64,000 bases of DNA from Dehalococcoidia bacterium (GCA_965207225.1 CBDBLV010000001.1:32001-96000), one strand, 5' to 3'; counted from the first letter of the stretch, positions 41,905-52,913 are shown. The notes: generated by a model not told the origin, from the letters alone. Made by a program: numbers and translations.

Positions 41905-42215
41905 TCGACCAGTATGTAAACCTCGACGAGACCATCCACCAGCCCACCCGACTCCGCATTATGACTATGCTCGTCGCCCAGTCCCCCTCGGACCGCCTTG
42001 CCTACCCCTTCATTCAGAAGACCCTGGGCCTCACCGGAGGCAACCTAACTATCCACCTCCGGAAGCTCGAAAATGCCGGCTTTCTCTCCATCACCAAGGA
42101 ATTCCTGGACTCCAAGCCGCGCACTTGGGTGGAAGCCACCCCCGAGGGTCGACGTGCCTTCACCGACTACCTCTCCAACCTGCTGGAAACCCTGAACTGG
42201 AAACCCCCTCCCTAA
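41901..42215 (+). CDS. Winged-helix transcriptional regulator (HTH_34/MarR-ArsR-like)
   Basis: LDETIHQPTRLRIM, LTGGNLTIHLRKLENAG, KPRTW..TPEGRRAF; GTG start. Confidence 0.88.
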   Translation: MIDQYVNLDETIHQPTRLRIMTMLVAQSPSDRLAYPFIQKTLGLTGGNLTIHLRKLENAGFLSITKEFLDSKPRTWVEATPEGRRAFTDYLSNLLETLNWKPPP

Positions 42216-42274
42216 CCCCGACCCAAACCCCACCCCCATTTGACACCCTTCCCGTCAATCCCTACGATTCCACC

Positions 42275-42808
42275 ATGCCTCCCGACAAAGCACCGGACCT
42301 CGGCCGCATCCTCGTATCTGAGTCTCAAATCTCCGAAGCAATCGCCCGCCTCTCCTCCGAAATCGCCCGGGACTACGACCTTTCCACCCTGGTCCTCGTT
42401 GGCGTTATGGATGGTTCCGTCCCCTTCCTCGCCGACCTCATGCGCTCCTTCGAGCAGTCAGTGATCGTGACAACGGCCCGGATTCGCAGCTACTACGGGA
42501 CCACGGGCGGCCAGCTGATTATCGACTCCTTGCCATTGCGCGACAGGATCCAGGGTAGGCACGTCCTCATCGTTGAGGACATCCTCGATAGCGGCGCCAC
42601 CTGTGAGCTGTTTACTCGAAGGCTAACGGAGATGGGCGCGTTGTCCGTTAAGATTTGCGCCATGCTGGACAAGCCCTCGCGGCGCATCCACAACGTCAAG
42701 GCTGACTACTTCGGCTTCGAAGTCCCTGACACCTTCGTCGTCGGCTACGGCCTCGACCACGATGGCAAGTACCGCAACCTCCGCAACATCCACGCCCTCA
42801 AGAAATAG
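42275..42808 (+). CDS. hpt: Hypoxanthine phosphoribosyltransferase
   Basis: VLIVEDILDSGAT, LDKPSRR, FVVGYGLD..YRNL. TTGACA-N17-TACGAT lies 6 nt before the ATG. Confidence 0.88.
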   Translation: MPPDKAPDLGRILVSESQISEAIARLSSEIARDYDLSTLVLVGVMDGSVPFLADLMRSFEQSVIVTTARIRSYYGTTGGQLIIDSLPLRDRIQGRHVLIVEDILDSGATCELFTRRLTEMGALSVKICAMLDKPSRRIHNVKADYFGFEVPDTFVVGYGLDHDGKYRNLRNIHALKK

Positions 42809-42883
42809 ACTGACAAAGCTTTACTAGTCAGGCATACCGGACTAGTTGAGCGACCGCTCCCTCCACCTCCCTCAGTATCTCCC

Positions 42884-44101
42884 CTAAATCCTCACCCCCG
42901 TGGCCCGGGCCACCGTATCGATGTCCTTGTCCCCTCGCCCCGACAGGTTCACTAGCACTATGTCGTCCCTGCTCAAAGTCCTCGCCAGCTCCACGCCGTA
43001 GTACACTGCATGAGCCGACTCCAGCGCCGGGATTATCCCCTCTGATTCGCTCAGAAGCTTGAATCCCTCCAGCGCTTCATCGTCCGTCACTGAGACATAC
43101 GTCGCCCGACCCGTCGACTTCAAGTGACTGTGCTCGGGCCCGACGCCCGGGTAGTCCAGCCCCGCCGATATGCTGTGCGCCTCCAACACCTGCCCGTTCT
43201 GGTCTTGCAGCAGGTACGAGTTAGACCCGTGCAGCACCCCCGGCCTTCCATGTCCCAGTGACGAGGCATGTTTCCCGCTCTCGATCCCCTCGCCCGCCGC
43301 CTCCACCCCGACCAACCCCACCTCCTCATCACCGATAAAAGGGTGGAACATCCCCATCGCGTTGCTCCCTCCGCCCACGCAAGCCACCGCATAGTCCGGC
43401 AGACGGCCCTCTGCCTCCAGCATCTGTTCCCTGGCCTCCCTGCCTATCACCGACTGGAAGTCTCTCACCAGCATCGGATAAGGGTGCGGCCCGACCACGC
43501 TTCCCAGCAGGTAGTGTGTCGTCTGGACGTTGGTCACCCAGTCCCGGATCGCTTCGTTGATCGCATCCTTCAGAGTCCTGCTCCCCGACTTAACGCTCAC
43601 TACCTCCGCACCCAGCAATTTCATCCTGTACACGTTGAGCGCCTGCCGTTCCACGTCCTTCTCACCCATATATACGATGCACTCCAGCCCGAGCATTGCG
43701 CAGATTGTGGCCGTTGCCACCCCGTGCTGCCCCGCACCCGTCTCCGCGATGATCCGCTTCTTCCCCATCCGCTCCGCCAGCAGCCCCTGCCCCAGCACGT
43801 TGTTGATTTTGTGCGCCCCCGTGTGCGCTAGGTCCTCCCTCTTCAGGTAGACCTTGGTCCCGCCGGCTCTCTCCGTGAGCGTCGCGGCCAGGTACAGGGG
43901 TGTTGGGCGGCCGGCATAGGTCTTGGAAAGCTCCTCCACCCGTGCCCCGAACCCCGGGTCCACCCTTGCCGCCCGATATTCTTCTTCCAGCTCGTCCAGA
44001 GCGGGCATCAGGGTCTCGGGGATGAACTTCCCCCCGAAGTCCCCGTACCGCCCCGACTCATCAGGGCACGCGTAGGTCGATGCCGCGTCGGAGCCAGTCA
44101 T
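42884..44101 (-). CDS. trpB: Tryptophan synthase beta chain (TrpB1 type)
   Basis: [56 protein letters not shown]. Confidence 0.97.
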   Translation of the reverse strand: MTGSDAASTYACPDESGRYGDFGGKFIPETLMPALDELEEEYRAARVDPGFGARVEELSKTYAGRPTPLYLAATLTERAGGTKVYLKREDLAHTGAHKINNVLGQGLLAERMGKKRIIAETGAGQHGVATATICAMLGLECIVYMGEKDVERQALNVYRMKLLGAEVVSVKSGSRTLKDAINEAIRDWVTNVQTTHYLLGSVVGPHPYPMLVRDFQSVIGREAREQMLEAEGRLPDYAVACVGGGSNAMGMFHPFIGDEEVGLVGVEAAGEGIESGKHASSLGHGRPGVLHGSNSYLLQDQNGQVLEAHSISAGLDYPGVGPEHSHLKSTGRATYVSVTDDEALEGFKLLSESEGIIPALESAHAVYYGVELARTLSRDDIVLVNLSGRGDKDIDTVARATGVRI

Positions 44102-44781
44102 ACTGGCTCCCGGATCGCCTTGTCCGCCTGCTCCACCGCCCGTGCGAAAGCCTTGATCTTCCCAAGGTCCTTCTTCCCATCCGTTTCCACACCGCTCGAA
44201 ACGTCCACCACCGATGGCCCGACCTGCTCAATCGCCCTGCCAACGTTCTCCGGGTTCAACCCCCCCGACAATACGAAGTCGAACTTCTTGGCCAGCTCAG
44301 TCGCCAGCCCCCAGTCGAAGGTCTCGCCCGTGCCCCCGTAGTAGGGCCCCTTGGAGACGGTGTCGAGCATCGGCGTGTGCCCTGCGTCCACGATCGCCCC
44401 AAGCTCTTCTTCCAAGGTGCGAAGAAGCCCCTCCCCCCTCGCCCCCGCCTCGATCCTGACCACCTTGAAAACCGGCCTCTCAATACCCGAGCAATACTCC
44501 AGGGTCTCATCCCCATGAAGCTGAATCCTGTCTAACCCGCAGTATTCGGCGGTACGGTTGACCTCGTCGGCAAGGGCATTTACGAAGACTCCAACGGCCT
44601 CAGGCATCTTGCTATCCGACCCATATGCCGTCCGAGCTTCCTCCAATATCCCATGCGCCGCCTCTGCCGTTAGCTGCCTCTTGCTCGGCGCGAAGATCAG
44701 GCCAATGAAGCTCGCCCCTTCGCCGATGGCGGTAACGGCGTCCTCGGCTCGCCTGAGCCCGCACACCTTGAATCTAGTCAC
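44098..44781 (-). CDS. trpF: Phosphoribosylanthranilate isomerase
   Basis: [39 protein letters not shown]. Confidence 0.95.
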   Translation of the reverse strand: MTRFKVCGLRRAEDAVTAIGEGASFIGLIFAPSKRQLTAEAAHGILEEARTAYGSDSKMPEAVGVFVNALADEVNRTAEYCGLDRIQLHGDETLEYCSGIERPVFKVVRIEAGARGEGLLRTLEEELGAIVDAGHTPMLDTVSKGPYYGGTGETFDWGLATELAKKFDFVLSGGLNPENVGRAIEQVGPSVVDVSSGVETDGKKDLGKIKAFARAVEQADKAIREPV

Positions 44782-45595
44782 GGGCCACCCGCTCAAGGCT
44801 CGCCGACGCCAGCTCCCGTACCTTCGCTCCCACGTCCCCCGACTTCACCAGCCCCTCCCCGACCAGCACCGCATCCACCCCCCACCCCGCCACCATCGCC
44901 ACGTCGTCCCGCGTGAATATCCCACTCTCCGCCACCACCGGGACATCCGCGGGGACCAGGGGCCTCAGCCTCCACGTGGTCTCTAAATCCACCTCGAAAG
45001 TCGCCAGGTCCCGATTGTTGATCCCGATTAGAGACGCCCCCGCGGAAATCGACATCTCCACCTCGGCCTCCGTATGCGTCTCCACGAGAGCGTCCATCCC
45101 CAGCCCCCGAGCTTCGGCTATAAGCGACTTCATTTCCTCCTCTTCCAGTATCGACGCGATAAGCAATATCGCATCCGCCCCCCACGCCCGAGCCTCCCAC
45201 ACCTGGTACTCGTCAAATATGAAGTCTTTTCGCAACAACGGAGGACAACTGGCCCCGATGTCCTCTTTGATAGCAGCCATGAATTCCAGCCGACCCTGGA
45301 AGTGCGGCGTCTCCGTCAACACTGATATCGCCGATGCCCCGTTCTCCGCATAAGTGCGGGCCAGGGCCACGGGGTCGAAGTCGGGGGCCAGCAGACCCCG
45401 GGACGGCGAGGCCTTCTTCACCTCAGCAATCAGTGACACCCCTTCACCCTGCAGCGCTCTGGTCAATGACCTTGCCCCAGTCTGCCCAAGCGCCCGCGCC
45501 TCGACCTCCGCCCGCGGCATCTCCGCCTTCGCCCTCGCGAGGTCCTTCCTCTTTACCGCCACTATCTTGTCGAGAATCGTCCCAGTCTTAGCCAT
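44774..45595 (-). CDS. trpC: Indole-3-glycerol phosphate synthase
   Basis: IAEVKKASPSRG, LRKDFI, IGINNRDL, VAESGI. Confidence 0.96.
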   Translation of the reverse strand: MAKTGTILDKIVAVKRKDLARAKAEMPRAEVEARALGQTGARSLTRALQGEGVSLIAEVKKASPSRGLLAPDFDPVALARTYAENGASAISVLTETPHFQGRLEFMAAIKEDIGASCPPLLRKDFIFDEYQVWEARAWGADAILLIASILEEEEMKSLIAEARGLGMDALVETHTEAEVEMSISAGASLIGINNRDLATFEVDLETTWRLRPLVPADVPVVAESGIFTRDDVAMVAGWGVDAVLVGEGLVKSGDVGAKVRELASASLERVARD

Positions 45596-45609
45596 GTCCC
45601 TGGTTTCCG

Positions 45610-46623
45610 CTACTCCAGCCCCTGGCTCACATCTCTCAATTTCTCAAGCCTCTTCATCGCTTCCCCACTGTCAATTGACTCCTGCGCCACCCGTACCCCT
45701 TCTCGAAGGTCGACCGCTTTGCCCCCCGCCAGGATCCCCCCCGCCGCATTCGCCACCACCACGTCCCTTGGAGATCCTCTCTCTCCACTTAGCACCGCTG
45801 TCATTATCTCTGCGTTCTCTTCAACCGACCCCCCGGCCAGCGACTCCAGAGACGCCGCGCCCAGCCCCAAGTCCCCCGCCGATATCTTGTAGTGGCTAAC
45901 CTCTCCGTCTCTCAGTTCCCACACGCCCGTCTTGCCGTTCAGCGATATCTCGTCCAGCCCGTCTTCCGCATGCACCACCAGCACCCTCTCTGAACCGAGC
46001 CTCTGGAGCACCTGTACCATCTTCTCCCCTACCGCATCCGTCGGCACCCCCAGCACCTGCGCCTTCGCCCCAGCCGGGTTGGTCAAAGGTCCCAGAATGT
46101 TGAACACCGTCCTGACCCCTATCTCCCGTCGGGGCTGAACCGCAAACTTCATCGCGGGATGGAACCGAGGCGCGAACATGAACCCGATGCCCGCCTCTTC
46201 CATGCACCGCTTCACCCCATTCGGCCCGAGGTCTATCTTGATCCCCTGCTGTTCCAGAACGTCGGCGCTGCCGCTCTTGGACGTCATTGCCCGGTTCCCG
46301 TGCTTCGCAACCGCAATTCCCGCCCCCGCCACCACGAAAGCCGCCACCGTAGATATATTGAACGTCCCCGAGTCGTCGCCCCCCGTGCCGCAGGTGTCGA
46401 CGCTCGGGCCCCGGTAGTCCACCTTCAACGACTTCGCCCGCATCACCGTCGCCAGGCCCGTCATCTCGTCTACCGTCTCGCCCTTCAGCCTCAGCGCAAT
46501 CACGAACGCCCCGAACTGCGCGGGCGTCGCCTCCCCGGTCATGATCTCTTCCATGACCTGCGCCGCCGCCTCCTCGGTCAGGTCCGACCCCCTCGTCAGT
46601 TTTTCGATCGCTTCTCTTATCAT
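45610..46623 (-). CDS. trpD: Anthranilate phosphoribosyltransferase
   Basis: DTCGTGGD..TFNIST, KHGNR..SKSGSAD, RTVFNILGPLTNP. Confidence 0.96.
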   Translation of the reverse strand: MIREAIEKLTRGSDLTEEAAAQVMEEIMTGEATPAQFGAFVIALRLKGETVDEMTGLATVMRAKSLKVDYRGPSVDTCGTGGDDSGTFNISTVAAFVVAGAGIAVAKHGNRAMTSKSGSADVLEQQGIKIDLGPNGVKRCMEEAGIGFMFAPRFHPAMKFAVQPRREIGVRTVFNILGPLTNPAGAKAQVLGVPTDAVGEKMVQVLQRLGSERVLVVHAEDGLDEISLNGKTGVWELRDGEVSHYKISAGDLGLGAASLESLAGGSVEENAEIMTAVLSGERGSPRDVVVANAAGGILAGGKAVDLREGVRVAQESIDSGEAMKRLEKLRDVSQGLE

Positions 46624-46627
46624 CAGC

Positions 46628-47209
46628 CTACGCCGGGACCGGGATTTCTTGCCCCAGGAAATTCCTGAGCAGGTTTTTCCCCTCAGGGGTCATTATCGAC
46701 TCCGGGTGGGCCTGGAATCCCTCAACCTGGTACTCCTTGTGCCTGACTCCCATGATGATCCCGTTCGCCGTCCGGGCGGTCACCTCCAGACAGTCAGGGA
46801 ATCCCTCCTCCTGGATTGCCAGCGAATGGTACCTGATCGCCTCGAAGGGGTTGGATAGGCCCCTGTAAACGCCCTTCCCGTCGTGGTGTACCATCGACGA
46901 CTTCCCGTGCATGATCTCTCCCGCATACCCGACCACACCCCCATACGCCGCCCCGATGCACTGGTGCCCCAGGCACACCCCCAGCACCGGGAGTCGGGGC
47001 CCGAAGTGCCGTATCACGTCCACCGAGATCCCCGCCTCCTTTGGCGTGCACGGCCCCGGCGACACGATGATCCGCTCCGGGCCCCAGCTGGCAATCTCCT
47101 CCAGTGAGGTCTTGTCGTTCCGCACAACCTCCACTTCTTGCCCCAGTTCGCAGAGGTACTGGTACAGGTTGTAGGTGAAGCTGTCGTAGTTGTCTATCAG
47201 CGCCAACAT
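46628..47209 (-). CDS. trpG: Anthranilate synthase component II
   Basis: IDNYDSFTYNL, SPGP, GVCLGHQ, RYHSL, HPES. Confidence 0.95.
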   Translation of the reverse strand: MLALIDNYDSFTYNLYQYLCELGQEVEVVRNDKTSLEEIASWGPERIIVSPGPCTPKEAGISVDVIRHFGPRLPVLGVCLGHQCIGAAYGGVVGYAGEIMHGKSSMVHHDGKGVYRGLSNPFEAIRYHSLAIQEEGFPDCLEVTARTANGIIMGVRHKEYQVEGFQAHPESIMTPEGKNLLRNFLGQEIPVPA

Positions 47210-47221
47210 TGGTGACTAGTC

Positions 47222-48013
47222 CTATTCCTGCGGCAAATAATTGCGCGGCAACTCCGCACCGACCGCCGCCCTCACGTATATAACCTCCCCGGATATGTGG
47301 CTCCCCTCCTCCGACGCCAGGAATACGCACAGGTTGCCTATGTCCTCGGACCTCACCATCCTGCCCAGCGGCATGCCCTTGTCAACCTCTTCGAAGGTGT
47401 CTTTGCCCGTGGTCCGGGATATCCCTCCCCATGCCATGTCCGTCGGTACGAGACCCGGGTTCACCGCGTTCACCCGCACCCCCTGGTACCGCTCCTCCTT
47501 CGCCACCCCTTTGGCCAGTGCATCAATCGCTGCCTTGGCCGCGTTGTAGTCCGAGTCATTTGCCATCAGCATGTCCGTGCTTCGGGACGAAATGAGGATT
47601 AAGTCTCCCCTTACGTTGTTCCTCAGGTGTGGAAGCGCCGCCCGGGAGCAGTTGAACGCCCCTATAAGGTGGTTCCGGATCGTGTAGGCGAACTCGTCGT
47701 GGGTAAGCTCGATAAGCGGCTTCCCGTGTCCCTTGGTTCCCGCATTCGCCACCATGATGTCCAGCTTCCCGAACCTCGACACCGTCTCCTCCACCATCGA
47801 CTCCACCTCCCCGTAGTCCCCCACATCCGCCTTCATGGCGACCGCCGTTCCTCCCGCCGCCTCTATGTCCGCCACCACCTCCGCTGCGGGCCCCGGCGAC
47901 TTGAAGTAGTTCACAACTACCTTCGCCCCCTCACGGGCCATGCACCTGGCTATCCCGGAGCCTATACCCCTGGAACCCCCGCTTACTATCGCTACTCTTC
48001 CTTGCAGTCTCAT
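47222..48013 (-). CDS. SDR oxidoreductase (5th of trp-embedded array)
   Basis: SGGSRGIG, ANAG, YNAAK. Confidence 0.9.
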   Translation of the reverse strand: MRLQGRVAIVSGGSRGIGSGIARCMAREGAKVVVNYFKSPGPAAEVVADIEAAGGTAVAMKADVGDYGEVESMVEETVSRFGKLDIMVANAGTKGHGKPLIELTHDEFAYTIRNHLIGAFNCSRAALPHLRNNVRGDLILISSRSTDMLMANDSDYNAAKAAIDALAKGVAKEERYQGVRVNAVNPGLVPTDMAWGGISRTTGKDTFEEVDKGMPLGRMVRSEDIGNLCVFLASEEGSHISGEVIYVRAAVGAELPRNYLPQE

Positions 48014-48059
48014 ATTTCCCCTGTCTTATCTTTGTGTTTTTCTTACCTCGTGGTAACGC

Positions 48060-48869
48060 TTAAGCCGAGTAATAGGGCTTTGGCCCGTTCACGTAGAAAG
48101 AGGGCGGCTCTCCCCCCACCGCACCCCGCACATATATCACCTCGCCCGAGATGTGACTCCCCTGCTCCGATGCCAGGAATGTACACAGGTTCCCGATGTC
48201 CTCCGGCCTCATCATCCGCCCAAAGGGCATCACTTTGTCCACCTCCTCGACGCTGTCCTTGCCCGTGGTTGCCATCAGCTCTTCCATCAGGATGTCCGTC
48301 GGGACCAGGCCCGGCGCCACCACATTCACCCGTATCCCGTTGTAACGTTCCTCTTTCGCAAGTCCTTGCGCCATGCCGTCCATCCCCGCCTTTGCAGCGT
48401 TATACGGCGAGGAGTTTGGTGGGAAGAAGTCGGTCTGCCGGGACGAAATGAATATGATGTCGCCCCTCTCCTGCTCTCTCATGTGGTGCAGCAGGCAGTG
48501 TGAAGTGTTGAATGACCCTATCAGGTGATTGTTGACAACCCCTTCAAATTCCTCGGGTGTGATATCTGCCATCGGGCCGTATGGCCCCGCTATGCCCGCG
48601 TTGTTCACCAGGATGTCCACCTTGCCGAACTCCGCTATCGATCGCTCCACCATAGACTTCACCTGTGCATAGTTCCCCACGTCCGCCTGGATCGCAATCG
48701 CCCGACCCCCCTTCCCCTGGATCCCTTCCACCACCTCGTTCGCCAGCCTTTCCGACTGCACGTAGTTCACCACCACCGCCGCCCCCTCCTCCGCCATGCA
48801 CCGCGCTATCCCCGCCCCGATTCCTCGTGACCCGCCCGTGACCAGTGCTACCCGACCTTCCAGTCTCAT
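48060..48869 (-). CDS. SDR oxidoreductase (4th)
   Basis: TGGSRGIG, NNAG, YNAAK; ATG overlaps the upstream stop. Confidence 0.9.
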   Translation of the reverse strand: MRLEGRVALVTGGSRGIGAGIARCMAEEGAAVVVNYVQSERLANEVVEGIQGKGGRAIAIQADVGNYAQVKSMVERSIAEFGKVDILVNNAGIAGPYGPMADITPEEFEGVVNNHLIGSFNTSHCLLHHMREQERGDIIFISSRQTDFFPPNSSPYNAAKAGMDGMAQGLAKEERYNGIRVNVVAPGLVPTDILMEELMATTGKDSVEEVDKVMPFGRMMRPEDIGNLCTFLASEQGSHISGEVIYVRGAVGGEPPSFYVNGPKPYYSA

Positions 48870-49687
48870 ATTCCACTCCTCTGCGACGCCGATGAGAAGA
48901 ACTCCTGCGTCGGCTTTCTGTCCTGCGATGCGTCCACGTAGATCACCTGCCCCGAGATATGACCCCCCGCCTCCGACGCCAGGAACGCACACAGGTTACC
49001 CGTGTCCCGGGGTTGGGCTATCCGACCCAACGGCAGGTATGGGTCAACCTCCCTGAAGCTGGAGAAGCCGTACCTCTTCAACAGACCCGTGGCCATGTCC
49101 GTCTCCGTAGTCGTCGGCGCTATAACGTTCACCCGGATCCCGTGGCCCTGCTCCTCCTTCGAAAGCACCCGGCCCATCACTTCTATGCCTGCCTTGGCCA
49201 CGTTGTAGGAGGTCAGCCCCACGGGGAGCATCTTCGCGTTCGTAGATCCTATCAGTTGGATGTCCCCCCGGGCCTGCACCCTCATGTGCGGCAATACCGC
49301 CTGCACACAGGTGAATGCCCCCATTATGTGGTTCTCAATGACCTCCCGAAACTCTTCCAGGTCCGCCTCGTGTACGTGGCTGTCCCGACGTATGATCCCC
49401 GCATTGCAGACCAGGATGTCTACCTTCCCCAACCCCTCCACCCCTGCCCCGACCATCGCCTTTACCGCATCCACGTCCCCCACGTCTGCCCTGTAAGTAA
49501 GAGCCCTACGGCCCAACGCCCGAATTTCCTCGGCCGTGGCTTCTGCGGCCGTCGCATTGCTCACGTAGTTCACCATCACGTCAGCGCCGGCCTCAGCCAT
49601 AGCTAGCGAGATCGCCTTCCCAATCCCCCGGGACCCGCCCGTCACCAGGGCAACCCGCCCTTCCAACGACCTTCCCGAATCAGTCAT
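48866..49687 (-). CDS. SDR oxidoreductase (3rd)
   Basis: TGGSRGIG, CNAG, YNVAK. Confidence 0.9.
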   Translation of the reverse strand: MTDSGRSLEGRVALVTGGSRGIGKAISLAMAEAGADVMVNYVSNATAAEATAEEIRALGRRALTYRADVGDVDAVKAMVGAGVEGLGKVDILVCNAGIIRRDSHVHEADLEEFREVIENHIMGAFTCVQAVLPHMRVQARGDIQLIGSTNAKMLPVGLTSYNVAKAGIEVMGRVLSKEEQGHGIRVNVIAPTTTETDMATGLLKRYGFSSFREVDPYLPLGRIAQPRDTGNLCAFLASEAGGHISGQVIYVDASQDRKPTQEFFSSASQRSGI

Positions 49688-49796
49688 TATTTGATCTTCT
49701 CTCCTGTCATACAGCGGCCCTCCCCAATGTCATTCCGATGCCCTGCGAGGAATCTGGGGTGGGGCTCCCCTCCTGGCAAAGGCCTCCCACCCATGC

Positions 49797-50603
49797 CTAC
49801 CTCTGCGCCCGGGCCTCGGGCGTCACGAACTCCCGCAGCGACGACGGCCCTATGCCGCAGTCTAGGTAGATCACCTGCCCCGACACATGGCTGGCCTTGT
49901 CACTGCAGAGCCATACGCACATGTTCCCCACGTCGTAGGGCTGGATCAGCCTGTCGAAGGGCACTATGCCGTCCAGGTTCCGGGGGTCGTCTATCTGTGC
50001 CCAGTCCAGCACCAGCTTCAACCCCATGTCCGACTCCACGATGGTCGGTGCAATGGCGTTCACCCGGATCCCGTGCCAGCTCAGCTCCTTGGATATCGTC
50101 TTAACGAACGTCCCCATCCACGCCTTCGCGCTGGCATAGGCCCATTCGTCGGGCCACAGCTGCTGAGTCGCCAGCGAGCTTATAAAGTGGATGTCGCCCC
50201 TTTTCTGCTCCTTCATGTGCGGCAGTACCGCCTGCGTGCAGTAGAACGACCCCGCAATGTGAGTCCCGTAAACATCGTGGAACACGGCCATCGCATCTTC
50301 TGCCATTATCGACTTCGAATAATGCTGACCGGCGTTGTTGACCAGGATGTCCACCCGACCGAAGGTCGCAATGGTCTCGTCCACCATCGCCTGCACCTCG
50401 TCGTAGTTCTGCACGTTGGCCTGGTACAGCAGCGCCTTCCTCCCCCGGGCCTCGACGTCCGACGCCGTCTGCTCCGCACCCTCCTTGTTGCGTTGGTAGT
50501 TCACCACAATGTCCGCCCCTTCATCCGCCATGCTCTGCGCAATCCCCTGGCCTATGCCCCGGGACGCCCCCGTTATCAGCGCAACTCTTCCTTCAAGCTC
50601 CAT
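49797..50603 (-). CDS. SDR oxidoreductase (2nd)
   Basis: TGASRGIG, NNAG, YASAK. Confidence 0.9.
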   Translation of the reverse strand: MELEGRVALITGASRGIGQGIAQSMADEGADIVVNYQRNKEGAEQTASDVEARGRKALLYQANVQNYDEVQAMVDETIATFGRVDILVNNAGQHYSKSIMAEDAMAVFHDVYGTHIAGSFYCTQAVLPHMKEQKRGDIHFISSLATQQLWPDEWAYASAKAWMGTFVKTISKELSWHGIRVNAIAPTIVESDMGLKLVLDWAQIDDPRNLDGIVPFDRLIQPYDVGNMCVWLCSDKASHVSGQVIYLDCGIGPSSLREFVTPEARAQR

Positions 50604-50628
50604 GATTAGCCTCCAAATTGCTCCTTGG

Positions 50629-51390
50629 TCACCGCGCCATCCCACCGTCCAGATGAATAACGTGCCCCGAGATATACCCCCCGTCCTCCGACGCCAGGAA
50701 TGCTGACAGCTTCGCTATGTCCTCCGGCTGGCACACCCTCCCGAACGGGTAGTCCGGGTATATATCCTTGATGTCGTCGACGCCCTGGGTCGCCTTCACC
50801 AGCCTCTTCCCCATCTCCGTCTCCACCAGCCCCGGCGCTATTACGTTCACCCGTATCCCGTGCTGGCGCTCGTCCTTCGCCATCGACATCGCCAATGCTT
50901 CCAGGCACGCCTTTGCCGTGGCGTAAGGCCCGTGCCCAGCCTCCGCCCTGAACGGCGACGTCGACGAAATGAAATGCACGTCCCCCCGACTCCGCTCCCG
51001 CATCCCGGGCAACAACGCCCTTGCGAAATGCAGCGCTCCGAAAAGGTGCACGTCCAGCACCCGGCGCATCTCCCTCGGCTCAGTCTCTCCCAGGTGGTTC
51101 CCCCGGGAAGCGACCCCCGCATTGCACACCAGGATGTCTACCCCACCGAACAACTCGATAGCCTCCGACACCATGGCCTCCACCGCAGCGTTGTCCGTCA
51201 CATCCGTCTGTCGGGCCAGCACCCGACGCCCTAACCCTTCGATCTCCGCCGCTGTCTCCCGCGCCGACTCCTCATCCTTGCGATAATTGAACGCCACGTC
51301 CGCACCCTGCGCGGCCAGCTCCAGGGCCACCGCTTTCCCGATGCCCCGGTTGCCGCCTGTGACTATGGCTGCTCTGCCTTTCAGCTTCAT
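50629..51390 (-). CDS. SDR oxidoreductase (1st)
   Basis: TGGNRGIG, CNAG, YATAK. Confidence 0.9.
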   Translation of the reverse strand: MKLKGRAAIVTGGNRGIGKAVALELAAQGADVAFNYRKDEESARETAAEIEGLGRRVLARQTDVTDNAAVEAMVSEAIELFGGVDILVCNAGVASRGNHLGETEPREMRRVLDVHLFGALHFARALLPGMRERSRGDVHFISSTSPFRAEAGHGPYATAKACLEALAMSMAKDERQHGIRVNVIAPGLVETEMGKRLVKATQGVDDIKDIYPDYPFGRVCQPEDIAKLSAFLASEDGGYISGHVIHLDGGMAR

Positions 51391-51421
51391 TTCTGGGGTG
51401 TCCTCCAGGACGGCCCAAATA

Positions 51422-52894
51422 CTACCATGACCGCGCCTCCGCCTCATCGATTGCCCTCATGATCGCACCCGCCTTGTGTACCGTTTCCATGTACTCCAGG
51501 TGCGGGACGCTGTCGTACACGATTCCTGCCCCTGCCTGCATGTGGGCCACCCCTTTGTGAAACACCATAGTCCGTAGGGTTATGCAGGTGTCCATGTTCC
51601 CCGAAAAGCTGAAATACCCCACCGACCCCGAGTACGGCCCCCTCTTGATCGGCTCCAGCTCCGCAATGATCTCCATCGCCCTCAGCTTCGGCGCCCCCGA
51701 GACCGTACCCGCAGGGAAGCACGACCAGAAAGCATCGTAGATTGAGGCGTCGGGCTTCAGTTTCCCTTTCACGTGGGATACCAGGTGGATTACGTGCGAA
51801 TACCGCTCGATGTCCATGATCTGCGTCACCTGTACCGACCCCGGAACGCTCACCCGGCCGATGTCGTTCCGACCCAGGTCCAGCAGCATGATGTGTTCCG
51901 CCCGGTCCTTCTCGTCGGCCAAGAGCTCTTGCTCATTTGCCTGGTCCTCTTCTTCATCTTTACCCCGGGGCCTCGTGCCTGCCAGCGGGTGATAGTCCAA
52001 CTGACCCTCCTCCTCCCTCACCAGCAACTCCGGCGACGCCCCAACAAGCTGGAATATCCCCAAATCCAGGTAGAACATGTAGGGCGAGGGGTTCACCGTC
52101 CTCAAGGCGCGGTAGATGTTGAACGGGTGGACATCCGTCTTCCTGGAAAACCTCTGCGAAATCACCGCCTGGATGATGTCCCCCGCTTTGATGTACTCCT
52201 TTGTGACCTCCACGTTTCTCTCGTACTGCTCTTTGGTCACGTTGGGCTCTATCTGGTAGCCCGACGTCGGCCCTCCCCTCAGCGGGGCGAGGAACGGCTC
52301 TATCGGCTGCCGCAGCCTGTCCACCAGCTCGTCTATCTTCTCCGTCGCCCGACGGTACGCCGAGGCTAGGTCCCCTTCATCCATCCTCACGTGGGAGACC
52401 ACCTTGATGCTGTGCTTGATGTGGTCAAAGACCAGCAGGGTGTCGGCGAACATGAATATCGCCTCCGGCAGCCCCAGCGTGTCTACCTCCGGCGATGGCA
52501 CATCCTCGTAGTGGTGCATCGCCTCATAGCTGATGTACCCCACCCCTCCCCCGTGGAACCTCGGCACCCCCGACGCCCCCGCCACCGACCACCTTTCCAT
52601 CTCCTCTCGTACCAACTCCAACGGGTTCGCCTCGTCGTCCTGCTGCCCTCGCCCCGTCACTATCTTCTTGTAAGGCTCCGTTCCGATGAAGCTGTAGCGC
52701 GCCATCCGTTCCCCGCCCTCCACGCTCTCCAGCAGGAACGAGTAGTTCCCGCGCGCCACCTTCAGGTACGCCGACACCGGAGTCTCCAGGTCGGCCTCAA
52801 TCTCTCTGTACACCGGCACAAGATTCCCCAGCCCCGAGAGTCCTTCCAGCGCCTCCAGGTTCGGCGTATATGCGCTCTTTGTAACTGTGGTCAT
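51422..52894 (-). CDS. trpE: Anthranilate synthase component I
   Basis: [58 protein letters not shown]. Confidence 0.96.
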   Translation of the reverse strand: MTTVTKSAYTPNLEALEGLSGLGNLVPVYREIEADLETPVSAYLKVARGNYSFLLESVEGGERMARYSFIGTEPYKKIVTGRGQQDDEANPLELVREEMERWSVAGASGVPRFHGGGVGYISYEAMHHYEDVPSPEVDTLGLPEAIFMFADTLLVFDHIKHSIKVVSHVRMDEGDLASAYRRATEKIDELVDRLRQPIEPFLAPLRGGPTSGYQIEPNVTKEQYERNVEVTKEYIKAGDIIQAVISQRFSRKTDVHPFNIYRALRTVNPSPYMFYLDLGIFQLVGASPELLVREEEGQLDYHPLAGTRPRGKDEEEDQANEQELLADEKDRAEHIMLLDLGRNDIGRVSVPGSVQVTQIMDIERYSHVIHLVSHVKGKLKPDASIYDAFWSCFPAGTVSGAPKLRAMEIIAELEPIKRGPYSGSVGYFSFSGNMDTCITLRTMVFHKGVAHMQAGAGIVYDSVPHLEYMETVHKAGAIMRAIDEAEARSW

Positions 52895-52913
52895 GGCACT
52901 TTCCCGTTCTCGA

